64,000 nucleotides of DNA, taken from assembly GCF_009914755.1 (NCBI RefSeq), contig NC_060925.1; one strand, 5' to 3'. This stretch comes from the human T2T-CHM13v2.0 reference genome, Homo sapiens. Shown piece by piece: positions 13,195 through 27,409 of this stretch; positions within the stretch are counted from its first letter, which is position 1; every line of letters begins with the position of its first letter. The notes beneath the pieces were generated by a model. The model was not told where the DNA came from. It was given only the letters and a program-made list of their open reading frames with translations, and searched no databases. The translations under genes and the position numbers were made by a program.

Positions 13195-14169
13195 ATCTCA
13201 CTTAAAATAAGTATACAAGATACTCCTATACCCAAACAGCCTATGAAGATTTGGACCTGTGTCCTTCATTAATGGAGCCCAATTCACTTAGGATTGGATG
13301 AAGAAGGGGAATCTGTTCAGCCTGCAGACTCTGGCTACATGCAGTCCACACTTTCCACCATGTTTCAGCAGTAACTGCTTCATATGAAAAATATATTCCC
13401 TGCCCTTTGATTTGCTGGTTTGCCTTAGGAAGTATGATAATAACCAAACAGATTTTCATACTTGGGCTTGCCTACTTGGTCAAGGACTGTGCATGTTACA
13501 AAGAATTGCCTTAACCCACACTTTTTTGTGAACATATGTCTTTCACTAAATAAAAAAAAACTAATTTTTATAAATTTGGGTAACTTTTATGTGCTTCCTC
13601 TAAAAGCCTGTTTCAAAATTGGAATTCCACAAAAACAGAAAAAAGTAAAATATTTCTGTATTTGAGCAAGAGAACAAGATACAAAAATAGACTCAGTAAG
13701 GAACAGTTAAAATCTGAGTCTTTATCAGGAAAAACTTTTCTAATTTTCCAACCTTAAAATCATAATTCTTTCCTTTCCATGTGGCCCAATAACTTGACTC
13801 ATGGATTGTCAAGCAGAAACTTTTTTGACCAGGGTATGCAATGAATTGTCTGCCAATCAAGATTTTTTTAAAGTCACTTTTATACAGATAAGACAGTCGA
13901 AGCTAAACCCAAAGATTCAGCTATCCACATCAATTTGCTCAGCCCATTTAGAGGTAGAGTTTTTCGGGGATAAAGGCATAAACTTTTACACTTTGATTTT
14001 CTTCAAATATGACAAAATTACTGAAATCAATGATAGAAGCCAAGTCTTATGAAAGCTATTAAAAATTTTACATTTCCAATTCATGTGAAGTGCTGAGAGG
14101 GTTATAATTATGATGAATTATAGAAGTATAAAAAAGCATAAAATGTATAATATTATTTATAGAATACAA

Positions 14170-14671
14170 GACACATGCTTTCATATGTTCATTGCAGCAT
14201 TATTCACAAATAGAAAGAAGATATGGAATCAACCTAGGTGCCTATCAATGGCATACCACATTTTCTTTGTCCATATATGCCATGGAATACCATGTGGCCA
14301 TAAAAAAGAGTGACATCATGTCCTTTGCAGCAACATGGATGCAGCTGGAGGCTATCATCCTAATCAAATTAACACAGAAACAGAAAACCAAATACCACAT
14401 GTTCTCACTTATAAGTGGGAGCTAAACACTGAGTACACATGGATATACAGAAGACAACAGTAGACACTGGGGACTACTGGATAGGGGAGGGAAAGAGGGG
14501 ACGTGGACTGAAAAATTACTTTTTGGGTACTATGCTCAGTACCTGGGTGACAGGATCATTTGGACCCCAAACCTCAGCATCACATAATATACTCATGTAA
14601 CAAACCTGCACGTTTACCCCCTGAATCCAAAATAAAAGTTGAAGTCAAAAAGTCAAAAAAAGAAGGGAAAG
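14170..14671 (+). mobile_element. 5'-truncated L1 3' end (L1PB/L1PA16-like) with internal micro-inversion
   Basis: ORF2 C-terminus (MSFAATWMQLEAIIL) and 3'UTR. TSD agaatacaa at 14161-14169 and 14672-14680. Confidence 0.9.
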
Positions 14672-14721
14672 AGAATACAAATATCACATCTGAGAGTGGT
14701 AAACATCCACATTTTAGCTTG

Positions 14722-14893
14722 AATTTAGCAATGTCTAAAGACATATTTGATTGTCACAGCCGGGTTGGGGGTGCTACTATCTAGTGGGTATAGGCCAGAG
14801 ATGCTGCTAAACACCCTATAAGGCACAGGACAGCCCCCCACACAAAGAATGATCCGTCTAAAATGTCAGTAGTACTGCTGTTGAGAATCTCCA
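14722..14893. mobile_element. MER20 fragment
   Basis: gcaatgtctaaagacatatttgattgtcac...ggccagagatgctgctaaacaccct...cacaggacagcccccc...gttgagaa. Confidence 0.85.
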
Positions 14894-15479
14894 TTTTAGA
14901 GAGAAAGAGCATGAAGCTTAGCAAAGTTAGCAAACTGGCCAAAGGTCACACATCTAATAAGTGAACGCATCAGGATTTGATTAAACCCAGGGTTAAGTCT
15001 AGCGTTAATGCACTTTCTAATGTTTATACTCAATTTCAACCTAATTTATTATTGTATACAAATTTAGAATAAACATCTTTATGCATAATTTCTCATCTAC
15101 ATTTCTGATTATTTCCTTAGGGTAGATTTATAGAAGAGAAAAGTGTCACAGGAAATACACAATTAAAGGTTTTCTATAATTATAATTTATATATATAAAT
15201 TTTATAATTTATATATTACATTTTTAAAAATTATTACTACAAATTATAAAGTTTTGATTCATGTCATCAGTTTACTTTCCTTAAATCTAGAGCTGGTTCA
15301 CATTCCTGATATCTTACCTAATCACAGCCTACAATGTTTTCTTTTACCTTCTTATTTAATCCTTGGCAGTTTGATCGTGTCTTTACCTTTAAAAAAAAAA
15401 AAAAAAGTCCCTCCTCTCAGATAGTCTTCTTTAACTGCAACTGCACACCTATTGACTCTAATTAGAGGGATAAGGGAAT

Positions 15480-15680
15480 GCAGAGTTTTAAAGTGCCAGT
15501 CAGAGCTCAAATCCCAGCTCTGCTGCTAACTAGTTGGGTGACTTTGTGCAAGTGACTCTGATCCTCTCTCCTCATTCATTAAATGGAGCTTGATGACAAT
15601 CTACCTCACGAGGACTAAATGAGTTAATATTTGTGAAATATGTAGAATAGTGCAAGGAACAAACTTAATTCTCAAAATGT
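15480..15680 (+). mobile_element. MIR
   Basis: MIR core caaatcccagctctgctgctaactagttgggtgactttgtgcaagtgact. Confidence 0.75.
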
Positions 15681-16082
15681 ATTGGCTATCTTCCAATGTA
15701 TCGGCTATCATTATTTTTTGTACTTGCATGATGTTTTCATCTTTGTCAAAGTGCCTTCTGTGATTCTGGAACCAATAGTTTTTCTGACTCCCAATGTTAT
15801 CCTCATTCTCCAAATATCACCCCTTTTCCAAGCTTACCATTTACCAAGGACTTTACTATTTAATAAGGCCCTGATAGGCATCATTAGGGCTACCTATTGC
15901 TGAGTTATTTATGGCCTGGCTTTTACATTCAGAATTTGTTTGTGGCCTGGCATCTTATTCCAGTCTTCCCTAAACACTGTATTTTCATATACCCTACTAC
16001 TAAACCAGTTCCACAGAGATTACAGATTACACATCTCAGTCGTTCTCTGCTGTTATATTTTCTTAGATGAACATTCTCTATA

Positions 16083-16362
16083 GCAGTGCTTCCCAAAGTA
16101 TGCTCAGACTATTTAAAAAGAAGAGAAGAAGATTCCATTATCCAAAACATTTAAGTTACATTGTGTTCTGCATCTCCCTTCTGGTGATACACAAAGTATA
16201 TTAGCATTTTAAAGTATTTGAGAAAAACAGGGATAAAGAAACATGTAAAAGTTTTTAACACCGTAATTCCTGAATTTATTTGATCAAATAACACACTTTT
16301 TAAGAAAATCACACCTGTCACCATCTTGTAGAATAGTATCAATGTTCAGTTGGGAACACTGT
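16083..16362. mobile_element. hAT-Charlie relic (family uncertain)
   Basis: Inverted ends cagtgcttcccaa ... ttgggaacactg. Confidence 0.55.
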
Positions 16363-16534
16363 TGAAGAATAGGGAAGAGACCATGAGTGTCCACTAGCTC
16401 AAGTTTTCTCAAAGTGGGCCATCTGCCTTGCATCAGACATAGCCAAGTTGCTAATTAAAAATGCAAACTCCTGGGCTAATCCCAAGTCTTCTGAATTGGA
16501 ATATCTGGGAATATGGCTTGGGAGTATTCATTTT

Positions 16535-16904
<370 letters not shown>

Positions 16905-18444
16905 TGGGAGTATTCATTTTAAACAAACTGCCAGAGTAATTTTGATAACCTCTAAAGTTTTGAAATTACTGTGCTAGGTACTAACAGCAGCCAGAGTGTA
17001 AATTACAAAAGCTATGACTATTTTCCTTCCGTTACCATTGAGGAGAATTTTTAAACCCATAGCCTTTGATTTTACTGTGAAGCACATTGATGTAATAGTG
17101 AGAATCATGCCCTAAGTCTGGGTTTACCAGAAATTCAGCTTTCGAATCACATCCTTCCCAAGTCCCTGTCAGCTGTGAGCAATAGCAAATCATTTTTCCA
17201 GTAGCTTAGGAGCCTGTGAATGGATTCTGTTCACAGCTTTAACACTGATGGTGGGGAGTCATTCCATTTCCTCATTGAAAACGACTGTTGGCAATCCCCA
17301 GGCTGGAAGGATGATATAGAGAAGCCTAGTGCATTTCTCTGTGGCACAGGATCAGAGCAGCCACAGCCCACCAGGTGCGCCCTGAGAGCTCATATTAACT
17401 CACTCTTTTCTGTATATTTGTTTGTTCAAAGAAGTCATTACCATATCTCTTTGTACTTTTCTGCTAAGTAGCTCTGAAAACTTTCAGGGAGTTTTTCAGA
17501 TGAACCTAAGTGTATAATCAATCCTTCATTATGGTTTTAAATCCAGAATGAAAGTGCATCTGAACTTGACACACGTAAATAGTAGAAAGTTTGTTTGTGC
17601 AGGTGTATAGTTTTAGTTTTCTTTCTTTTAACATTCTTGCTTTTTAGAATTATTCTACTAAATAATATTAACTTGTTCAAAGGTGTATTCACAGTTTCTC
17701 TTGATCATGATGTTCATTGACATTTGGTTTTCTAAATAAAAAAGAAAGTTTGATTACTATTGAAGAAAAGTTGGGGGGAACATCTCACTGTGAAATATTT
17801 GGTCGTATTTTGATATGTTAAGTTGTTGCTTTTCAATGTGTAAAAAGCTTTTCCTCTTGGGATTATTTTACAGTCTACCTCTAACTAAATTTCATTCCTG
17901 ACTTCTCAGTGTATTGAATGCTTGCATCTGCCACACTTGGGGGAAGGAAGCACCATGAAAATGCTGTTCTTGAAAATTTTTACCCAACTTCAAACTGTGT
18001 TACCTTTTTATTTCTGTTTATTTTCTCACCAATATGTTTCTAGAACATTCACATTAGCTCATATCACCTTAGCAACCTCATCTCTGTCAAACACCTTTGC
18101 CCTTGCCCTGGCCTCATTATCAGCATTAGCCAGTCAGTCACCTGTTTGGGAACCAAGGGCTCCTCAAAATCGTGCAGTTTGAAATAGATTTTGTCATGCT
18201 ATGCTTACGGGCCAAAGCACCCAGAGGTGTAACAAACACTTGGTGTTTAGCTATATTTTAGGGCAACAGATTCCGAATCTTCCCCCAGCTTGGGGATTCA
18301 GTGTGTCTGCCTAGATCTTCCTGAGTCACCTCCCAGTTGATATGTGAAAGAAGCCTACAAGCCCACCGTCTTTCATATATCCTCCCTGCTTGTCCTGCCT
18401 GTTGGAGTTTGATGTCATTTATTGCTTCTCTCACCTCACATCAG

Positions 18445-18890
18445 TTCTGTTCAACAATTTTTTATTGAGCACCTGCTAGGTGCTAAGAATAAAAGATTAC
18501 TAAGTCAGTCATGATTTCTGTTCTTAAGGAGCTCACTATAGAACAGAAGTTTACAATAGAGGGTGATAGAAAGGTGTGCTCAGGGTTCACTGGGTCATAA
18601 TGCATGACACCTGATTTGTGAGGTCAGGTGTGGTGGGACATATGCCTGGACAATAGGCAAGGAGTCCAATCACTAAAGATAGTATACTTCATCCAGTGCC
18701 ATCAAGAAGCTATGAAAGGTCAGAGTGGTGTTTTAGATTGTGCAATCTAGCAGCTGTATGAAGAATGGATTTAGTGGGAGCCAGAAGTAGTACTAGTTAA
18801 GGAGAGCCAAGGAGAGTCATAGTATTTAAGGAGAGAGGTGGCAAGGACCTGAACCAAGGAGAGTTTTAAGGAATAGATGATGATGCAAAT
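18445..18890 (-). mobile_element. L2 3' portion
   Basis: ttcaacaattttttattgagcacctgctaggtgct...ttaaggagctcac. Confidence 0.7.
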
Positions 18891-19379
18891 GAAAACTGTG
18901 CCCCTTCCCAATCTTTTGGGTTAGATTCCTTCTGGGAATTTAGGATGTAATCAGAATCAGATGTAGGTCAACATATTCCCTTGTATTATAAATGTAGGTT
19001 GACAGCCTCTACTCCATGGAAGCAGCACCGCTCTGTCCCCATTGCTGGTCTCAGTTTCTGTTTCCATAGGAGAAGCACTACTTGGTCCGCATAGCTGGTC
19101 CTAACTTCAGTTTCTGTCTCCCATACTGGTCCCCTGCCTAGCTCCCACTGGTCTGCTTTACAAGATCACCATTGAGGTTTATGCTGACCATTCTTAGGAG
19201 CTTTTCCTGATGGGTCACTGACAAACATGGTGCATTCACTATGAACTTTACGATCTTCATGACACAAAGTGAAGAATAAATTAGAATAAATTGTGTTAAG
19301 CACATTTCATTGATTCATGGAGTAGAATTTCCCTTCACTAAATCAATGCAATGAGACATTTCAGTTGGGGAAGGGGGAA

Positions 19380-19676
19380 GCAGAGACTATGGTGTTTTCT
19401 AGATAGACTATGGGGTTTTCAGAATTATGTCATCTGCAAACAGGGACAGTATGACTTCCTCTTCCTATTTGGATATCTTTTATTTCTTTCTCTTGCCTGA
19501 TAGCTCTGGCCAAGACTTCCAATACTGTGTTGAATAGGAGTTGGGAGAGAGGGCATTCTTGTCTTCTGCTGGTTTTCAGGGAAGTGCTTCCAGCTTTTGT
19601 CCATTCAGTATGTTGTTGACTGTGGGTTGGTCAGAGATGGCTCTTATTATTGAAATATGTGCCATCAATGCCTAGT
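19380..19676 (-). mobile_element. Inverted 5' segment of a twin-primed L1 (ORF2 RT region)
   Basis: Reverse complement of RT coding sequence (tgtcatctgcaaacaggg = LFADD motif; aatactgtgttgaataggag...gagagagggcattcttgtct). Confidence 0.92.
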
Positions 19677-21437
19677 AAACCCCATAGTCTCTGCCCAAAA
19701 GCTCCTTGAGCTGATAAGCAACTTCAGCAAAGTTTCAGGATACAAAATCAACATACAAAAATCAGTATTCCCACACCAACAACATCCAAGCCAAGAGCCA
19801 AATCAGGAAATCAATCCCATTCACAGCTGCCACAAAAAGAATAAAATACCTAGGAATACAACTAACCAGGGAGGTGAAAGATCTCTACAATGAGAATTAC
19901 AAAACACTGCTAAAAGGAATCAGAGATGACACAAGAAAATGGAAGCAAATTCCATACTTATGGATAGGAATAATCAATATCATTAAAATGGCCATACTGC
20001 CTAAAGCAATTTGTAGACTCAATGCTATTCCTATTAAACTACCAGTAGTATTCTTCACAGAATTGGAAAAATCTAGTATAAAATTCAGATAAACCAAAAA
20101 TGATCCTGAATAGCCAAGGCCATCCTAAGCAAAAAGAATAAAGCTGGATGCATCATGTTACCCAACTTCAAGCTATACTGCAGGGCTACAGTCATCAAAA
20201 CGGCATTGTACTGGTACAAAAACAGACGTATAGACTAATGGAACAGAATAGAGAGCCCAGAAATAATGCTGCACACCTTCAGCCATCTAATTTTCAACAA
20301 AGCTGATAAAAGCATTGGGGAAAGGACTCCCTATTCCCTAACTGGACCTAGGATAACTGGCTAGCTATATGCAGAAGATTGAAATTGGGCCCCTTCTTTC
20401 ACCATAAACGAAAATTAACTCAAGATGGATTAAAGACCTAAATGTAAAATCTATAAGTATAAAAACCCTGGAAGATAACTTAGGCGATACCATTCTGGAC
20501 ATAGGAATTTGCAAATATTTCCTGACGAAGACGCCAAAAGCAATTGCAATAAAACCAAACCAGTGTCTATAAGGAACTTCTTAAACAAATTTACAAGCAA
20601 AAACCAAACAATCCCATTAAAAAGTACACAAAGGACACACACAGACACTTCTCAAAAGAAGATACATCCAGCCAATAAGCATATGAAAAAATGTTCAACA
20701 TCACTAATCATTAGAGAAGAGAAATTCAAATCAAAACCAAAATGAGATAGCATCTCATACCAGTCAGTATGGCTACTATTAAAAAAATAAAAAAATAGCA
20801 GATGGTGGCGAGGTTGCAGAGAAAAGGGAATGTTCATACACTGATGGTGGGAATGTAAATTAGTTCAACCATTGTGGAAAGCAGTGTGGCGTTTCCTCAA
20901 AGAATAAAAACAGAATTACAATTTGACCCAGCAATTCCATTATTGGTTACAGGCCCAAAGGAATATAAATTGTTCTACCATAAGGACACATGCATGCATA
21001 TGTTCCTTGCAGCACTATTCATGATAGCAAAGATATGGAATTAACCTAAATGCTCATCAGTGGTAGACTAGATAAAGAAAATGTAGTATATATACACCAT
21101 AAAATACTCTGCGGCCATTAAAAAGAACAAGATTATGTCCTTTGCAGCAACATGGATGAAGCTAGAGACCATTATCGTTAGCAAATGAACACAGGAACAG
21201 AAAACCAAATATTACATGTTTTCATTTATAAGTGAGAGTCAAATAATGAGAACAAGTGACCCAAGGAGAGAAACAACAGACACTGGGGCCTATTTGAGGG
21301 TGGAGAGTGGGAGGAGAGAAAGGATCAGAAAAATACCTATTGTTGGTACACCAAACCCCCATGACATGAGCTTACCTATGTAACAAACTTGCATGTGTAC
21401 CCCTGAACCTAAAATAAAAGTTAAAGGGAAAAAAAAG
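19677..21437 (+). mobile_element. L1PA15/16-like ORF2 3' half and 3'UTR
   Basis: ORF-track peptides [29 protein letters not shown] and [33 protein letters not shown]. Frameshifts, internal deletion near 20560, ends cctaaaataaaagttaaa. Confidence 0.95.
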
Positions 21438-24344
21438 TAAACATGTTGTAGAAGTCACAATCTATGACAGTCTTGTTCTTTGCCTTCTCCATTGCTTCTT
21501 AGTAATCTGTAAAGCTATTGTTTCTGATATGAGTCAGTTTCTTTGTCCTTCCCTTTTACATTTCCTCTTTTTTTCTTACCTTTTTTGAGGGATCCTAAGA
21601 GAGCGTTTTAGAATGGGGAATTCTTAAAGAAACCTGCAAAATATATTTTCTCCATTATGTTAAACTCCATAGCAATAAACTTGGTTTAATGCGGTCAGTT
21701 TTATCACAGATCAGGCCTCCCTAAGGCGAAGGAGCTAAGCCAGTAATTTGGGAAGGCTTTGAAGCCACATGTGCATGTATACATTAACCTCTAAGACTAA
21801 CCATAATTTCAATTAACATAAAATAATCTAAAGACATGCTGATTAGACACCGTGTGGCTTTAACAAAGCATTCTGGGCAGGGGGTTGGGGAATAGAGAAG
21901 CTTTAACTATTCCTAGCACCAGCAAGCAGGGCTTTCTTTAATCATTTATAACATATTTTCTCAACCTTTTTTTCTTGCGATGTTCTTAGAGACTAAAAAC
22001 AACAAAATTCCAAAAGCTTTTACTAATTAAAAAGAGAGGAACTGAAACTGTTATAGATTATGTCAGTGAAATCCACTTTAAAAAAAAAAAGTAAAATTCC
22101 AGCTGTCCTTTAAAGTATATGATTTACACCATATTCCAGTAAATTGATGCAGGCCGATAACTTTTCATTCATTTCTCTTGTGTGTCTTGTGGGGCATACT
22201 TAGAGCAGTCAGTTCTCCTAGGGACAAAGCAGGAAGACTAACTCGAGCCCATGTTGCTTTTTATGATATGTGGTTTTGAGTTTCAGAGGAGTCGAGTGCA
22301 GTGTGAATCATAGAAGCAGCCAGCTGAAAAATCCTCAACCCTATAACAAAAAGCAGATTTTTTCCCATATTTCTTCCAAGTTTTTATTTCACATGCAAGT
22401 CTGAGATACAAAATATTCTGTAAAATTTTAAGGAAGCCACAGTAGTTCTTACTGTTTGGGGATTTCCCGGAGAGAATAATCGTGTTCAGAATGGTCCTTT
22501 TTTTTGCCAAAAGGTTTATTATGTGAACTGAACGGCTCAACCAAACAGATAACACCATCTCCATTTTATTTTTACATGTTATTTACTGGGGTTTCCCTGA
22601 AGAAAGCTTAAGAATTCTTTCCCCATGAGTCACTGACCAAGTAATTGTTTTTTTAAAATATAAACTTTCCTTCAGCTGGTCAATTTGGAACGCAGTCTTC
22701 TCATCTTCTGTTCACTTCAGGGCTGCTTTGCCTTCATCTGTAAATGATCACGTCTACAGCCAAATTGAGCAGCTCGAATGTAGCCAATTTCTTTCCATTG
22801 AGCACTCAAGTTTGAAAAATCAACAGCCCGGCCAGGCAAGATTCAGAGGACTTCATCCTCTGAAAGTGACTTACATAATTATATTTTCATTGCGTTGGCA
22901 AAAAATGCCTCTCATTGGTTTAATTTCTGCTGGAATTAATGGGATGAGGAATTGCAACCATATTTTGCCAAGAATTGTGAGTGGTTGCTCTGCCCAGGTT
23001 ATGTTACCCTTTTACTGTTGTGAGTGGGTTAGAAGGTATTGTCTTCTATTCTCGTCTTCTTATTGAACTAGAGGCTGTAATTATTTCCCTTGGTAGTGGC
23101 TGAACTTTCTCTTTAAATATTGACACCTTCACAAATGTGTTAAAACAAGCGTTAAAGTTGGCTTTTTCCCCACGAAAATGGCCCTATAATTGCAATCTTC
23201 TATTCTGAAGGAGAAATGTTGTTTTACAGAATATTTCTGAACCCCTTCCCACCCACTTTCCCAGTGGCTATAAGAAGCCTGCTGTTGCCAACTGAGTGGT
23301 CTAGAGTCCCTGCTAATTACCTCCTTCCACAGCTTTTGATTTGGAGCCGAACTGATGGCGCCAGCGGCTGAACCACAGTCAGATCTACAGGCCTCTGATT
23401 TGCCAAATGGAATCTATGCAGTTTGTTTCCTTTCTCACAGTGTTTTATGATGAGACTCAGCTCAAACTCGAAATAGACGAGGAATCACTTCAAAATATTA
23501 ATGGTTGATTTGAATTTTGAAGAAAAATAGCCATCAGAATTCTATATTCCATTACCAACATACATGTATATGTGTACATGTGCTCACAAAAAAAATCACA
23601 AAATGTGTTTTTCTAAAGAAGCATTCTATTAATTGTATTCCATTAAGCATACTAGTACCAAAAGCTTTCAGAATACTTCATATTTTATAGCCTTATAAAA
23701 GTTTTATTCTATCTGTTGATCATTAATATGTAGGGTCTCATGTCCACATCAGATGTGCCTAGAGTTTTTCTCTAAACTGGCATTCTTTTAAAATATAGCT
23801 TGGAAAAGAAAACATAATTATAATCATAGAGGGAATAAGAATTGTCTTTCTCGAAAGTTCAGAGGCATTAGCCTGAAACCCTAACAGTTAGTTGAGAGTT
23901 TCTGTTTCTCATTTCATAGAAAGGAATTAAACAAAAAGCTTTAGTTTCATCACAGTTAAAAATATTTAGTTCTCAAAACATATTTTCTCAGCTGTGTCTT
24001 GCTTTCTTATTTGAGGTTTCTTCAGAAAGGGAAACTGATTATATTAGAGACAATAATGTTGGAAGACAAAACAGTTCTCAGCCAAGTGAGAATGAAGGGC
24101 TTCCTAAGTGAACTACTCCCTTCTCTCCTTATTAATTTGGCTCCAAAGTCAAGCACATCAAAATGGAAAGTAGTTCTCATTCTTTTTATTGATGTGAAGT
24201 CAAAAATTCTGCATAATTTTAAAGAGCAGATAATCTAAATCACACATACATATACATACATACACATATGCACACACACTGTTATCCATTAGAACAAGTC
24301 TTCTTTATCAAATACCTGACTTTTAAGTGTATTTGTGCCACTTG

Positions 24345-25260
<916 letters not shown>

Positions 25261-26456
25261 TAATAAATGTTGAAATTGGGATAGACAGACTTCTGTTTTA
25301 AACAGAAGGACAAATCAGACACCCTCATGGACATATACACATATTTATAGTTTAAATGATGAAGAAAATAGATCAAATTTGTATTAAATGCACTACCAAA
25401 ATGAATTAAAAGGAAAGAATCCATAGAAGCCAGAAAATGACACGAAAGCAGGAAACTAAAGCACTGGTTTCCATCCTGAGGATTTCACCCAAATTTTTGA
25501 GATCTTGTGCCTCCATCATGGTGGCCAAATAATGCCTGGCAAACAGGTGTAAAGCTTAGTACATTCCAAGTTCCAAAGACTCCTAACAGGAGCCTGTCAC
25601 ACAGGCTGGGACTGGAAAAAACTGTATCCTGGTCTAAGAATATACTAAAAATAAAACCAATGTCCAGAAGAATGCAGCCAGGAAATTATATTGTATTGAC
25701 CTTGGCACTAAATAAAAGGGGAGTGATGGGTGGTGATCTGCCTTTAAACTGCATAGCCACAAGTTTGCCCCCATTTGAATGTAAGGTCTGAATTCACACT
25801 ACATGTGTGTTTGAGCATCTCAAACCTCAAGTACAGAATTTAATTTTCCTGGGTTAGTACCACCCTCAGAGGAACTAGCAGAAGCCCCCCCCGCCAAAAA
25901 AAATTATTTCCTCTCTGTAAAAATGCAAATTCGACCCAGGCCTTAACTCCCCAAGATAGAGTTCTAAGGAAAATGAATAGCTTACAAAGAACAAAGGAAG
26001 GAAGGACATAGGAAATAAACCACTACTGAGAATAGGAGAAACAACAGGCTGTGAAATCAGACCTTCAGAGATGAGATATTTACAATTTTGGAGTTACTAG
26101 GTACAGAAATAAAAAGTTGTTTAATATGTTTAGAAATAAAGAGGCTTTAAGTATGAGAAGAAAAGATCAAGCAGATTGGGGGAATGACTTCTAGAAATAA
26201 AATATAATCACTGCAATGAAAAATTCAATTAAAAGTGTCAAGGAATCAGATTAGATATAGCTGAACAGAGAATTAGTAAACTGGAAAATCTGTAGTGATA
26301 TGAATACACTGACCAGAATAAAGTCCAAGCCAGAATAAAATCCGAAAGAAAAGGATTGAGATCACAGATTGTGTTAGATGAGTTCTAACATGTTCTAATC
26401 AAAGTTCTAGAAGGAAATAGTAGAATGGGGAAACACAGTATTCAAAGACGACTAAC

Positions 26457-26832
26457 AGAACGTTCATAACAGCACTGTTTGTAATAGTGAAAAACCTGGA
26501 AATAATCTAAATGGCCATTAGTGGAAGGGCAAATTAGTAAATTGTAGTATATTTACACATTGGAGTATTATATAGCATCCCAAACAAGTGAACTCCAGTA
26601 CATTCAATGGTATGCATGAATTGGCAATATAGGTAAAAGAAAATTATATATAATATATTCTTTTTTATGAAACTAAAAATAACTGATAAAAATAACTCTT
26701 TAAGACTAAATATAGATGCAATAAAACCATAATAAAAGGAAAGTAAGGGAATGATAATTATTCTCACTGATAGTTACTTTGAGTGGGAGAGGCAGGGGGC
26801 TGAGTTGGCAGATGGTATTACATGATACTGTA
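26457..26832 (+). mobile_element. L1ME-type 3' fragment inserted in the ORF1 relic
   Basis: agaacgttcataacagcactgtttgtaatagtgaaaaacctggaaataatctaaatg ... gatagttactttgagtggg. Confidence 0.7.
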
Positions 26833-26905
26833 TGAACAGATGCAGACGAAAGTGTGCCATGAACCAAGGATTATAGTTAATCCAATTCCGTATACTAAAA
26901 GTACA
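26833..26905 (+). pseudogene. Degenerate SNORD112-like (14q32-type C/D snoRNA-like) sequence
   Basis: tgaacagatgcagacgaaagtgtgccatgaaccaaggattatagttaatccaattccgtatactaaaagtaca resembles the recalled SNORD112 pattern (TGGACCAATGATGA..AGTGT..ATGAAC..GATCATGATTAATCCA.TTCTG..CTGAGGTCCA). Boxes C and D are decayed. Confidence 0.6.
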
Positions 26906-27409
26906 TTGAGGAGGTAGGAGGAGAGAGAGAGGTTGAGAATTTTCTAAAATTGTTGAAGTCTAACAATTCTTAGAATCAGGAAATAAAACAATTCTCAAAT
27001 AGGATTTTTAAGAAATGATACATAATAAGTAACAACAAGACACATCATAGTGAAACTACAGAACACCAAAGAAAAAAAGATCCTAAAAGAAGCCAGAAAG
27101 CTAGGTCACCTACAAAGGAGTGGAATTAGACGGACTGCTGATTAGTTTAACCTGTACAATATCGTTCAACAGATGAGTGGTAGAGCCAGGATTCAGATCC
27201 ATATCTTCTGATTCCTATGCCTATGTTCCTTCTAATACTCCACCAAAATTTTTCACACATTTATGTACAGAGTATTTTGTGTACTGAAATAAATGTAAAC
27301 CAAAAAAGTAATGGAAAGAAGAAACCCAATAAAAAGAAAAGTTAGTGTTACCTAACATATGAAAAATTTGGTAAAATTTACATGTATTTAGGTACAAAAG
27401 AGACAAGGG

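Larger units (their letters stand above)
25290..27145 (+). mobile_element. Ancient L1/HAL1 5' region and ORF1 relic, interrupted at ~26457-26933
   Basis: agattagatatagctgaacagagaattagtaaactggaa (RLDIAEQRISKLE) and agacacatcatagtgaaactacagaacaccaaagaaaaaaagatcctaaaagaagccaga (RHIIVKLQNTKEKKILKEAR). Confidence 0.75.

Noticed and set aside
23345-23370. CpG-rich patch gccgaactgatggcgccagcgg as a CTCF site
   Set aside because: Three mismatches in the 5' half of the core motif.
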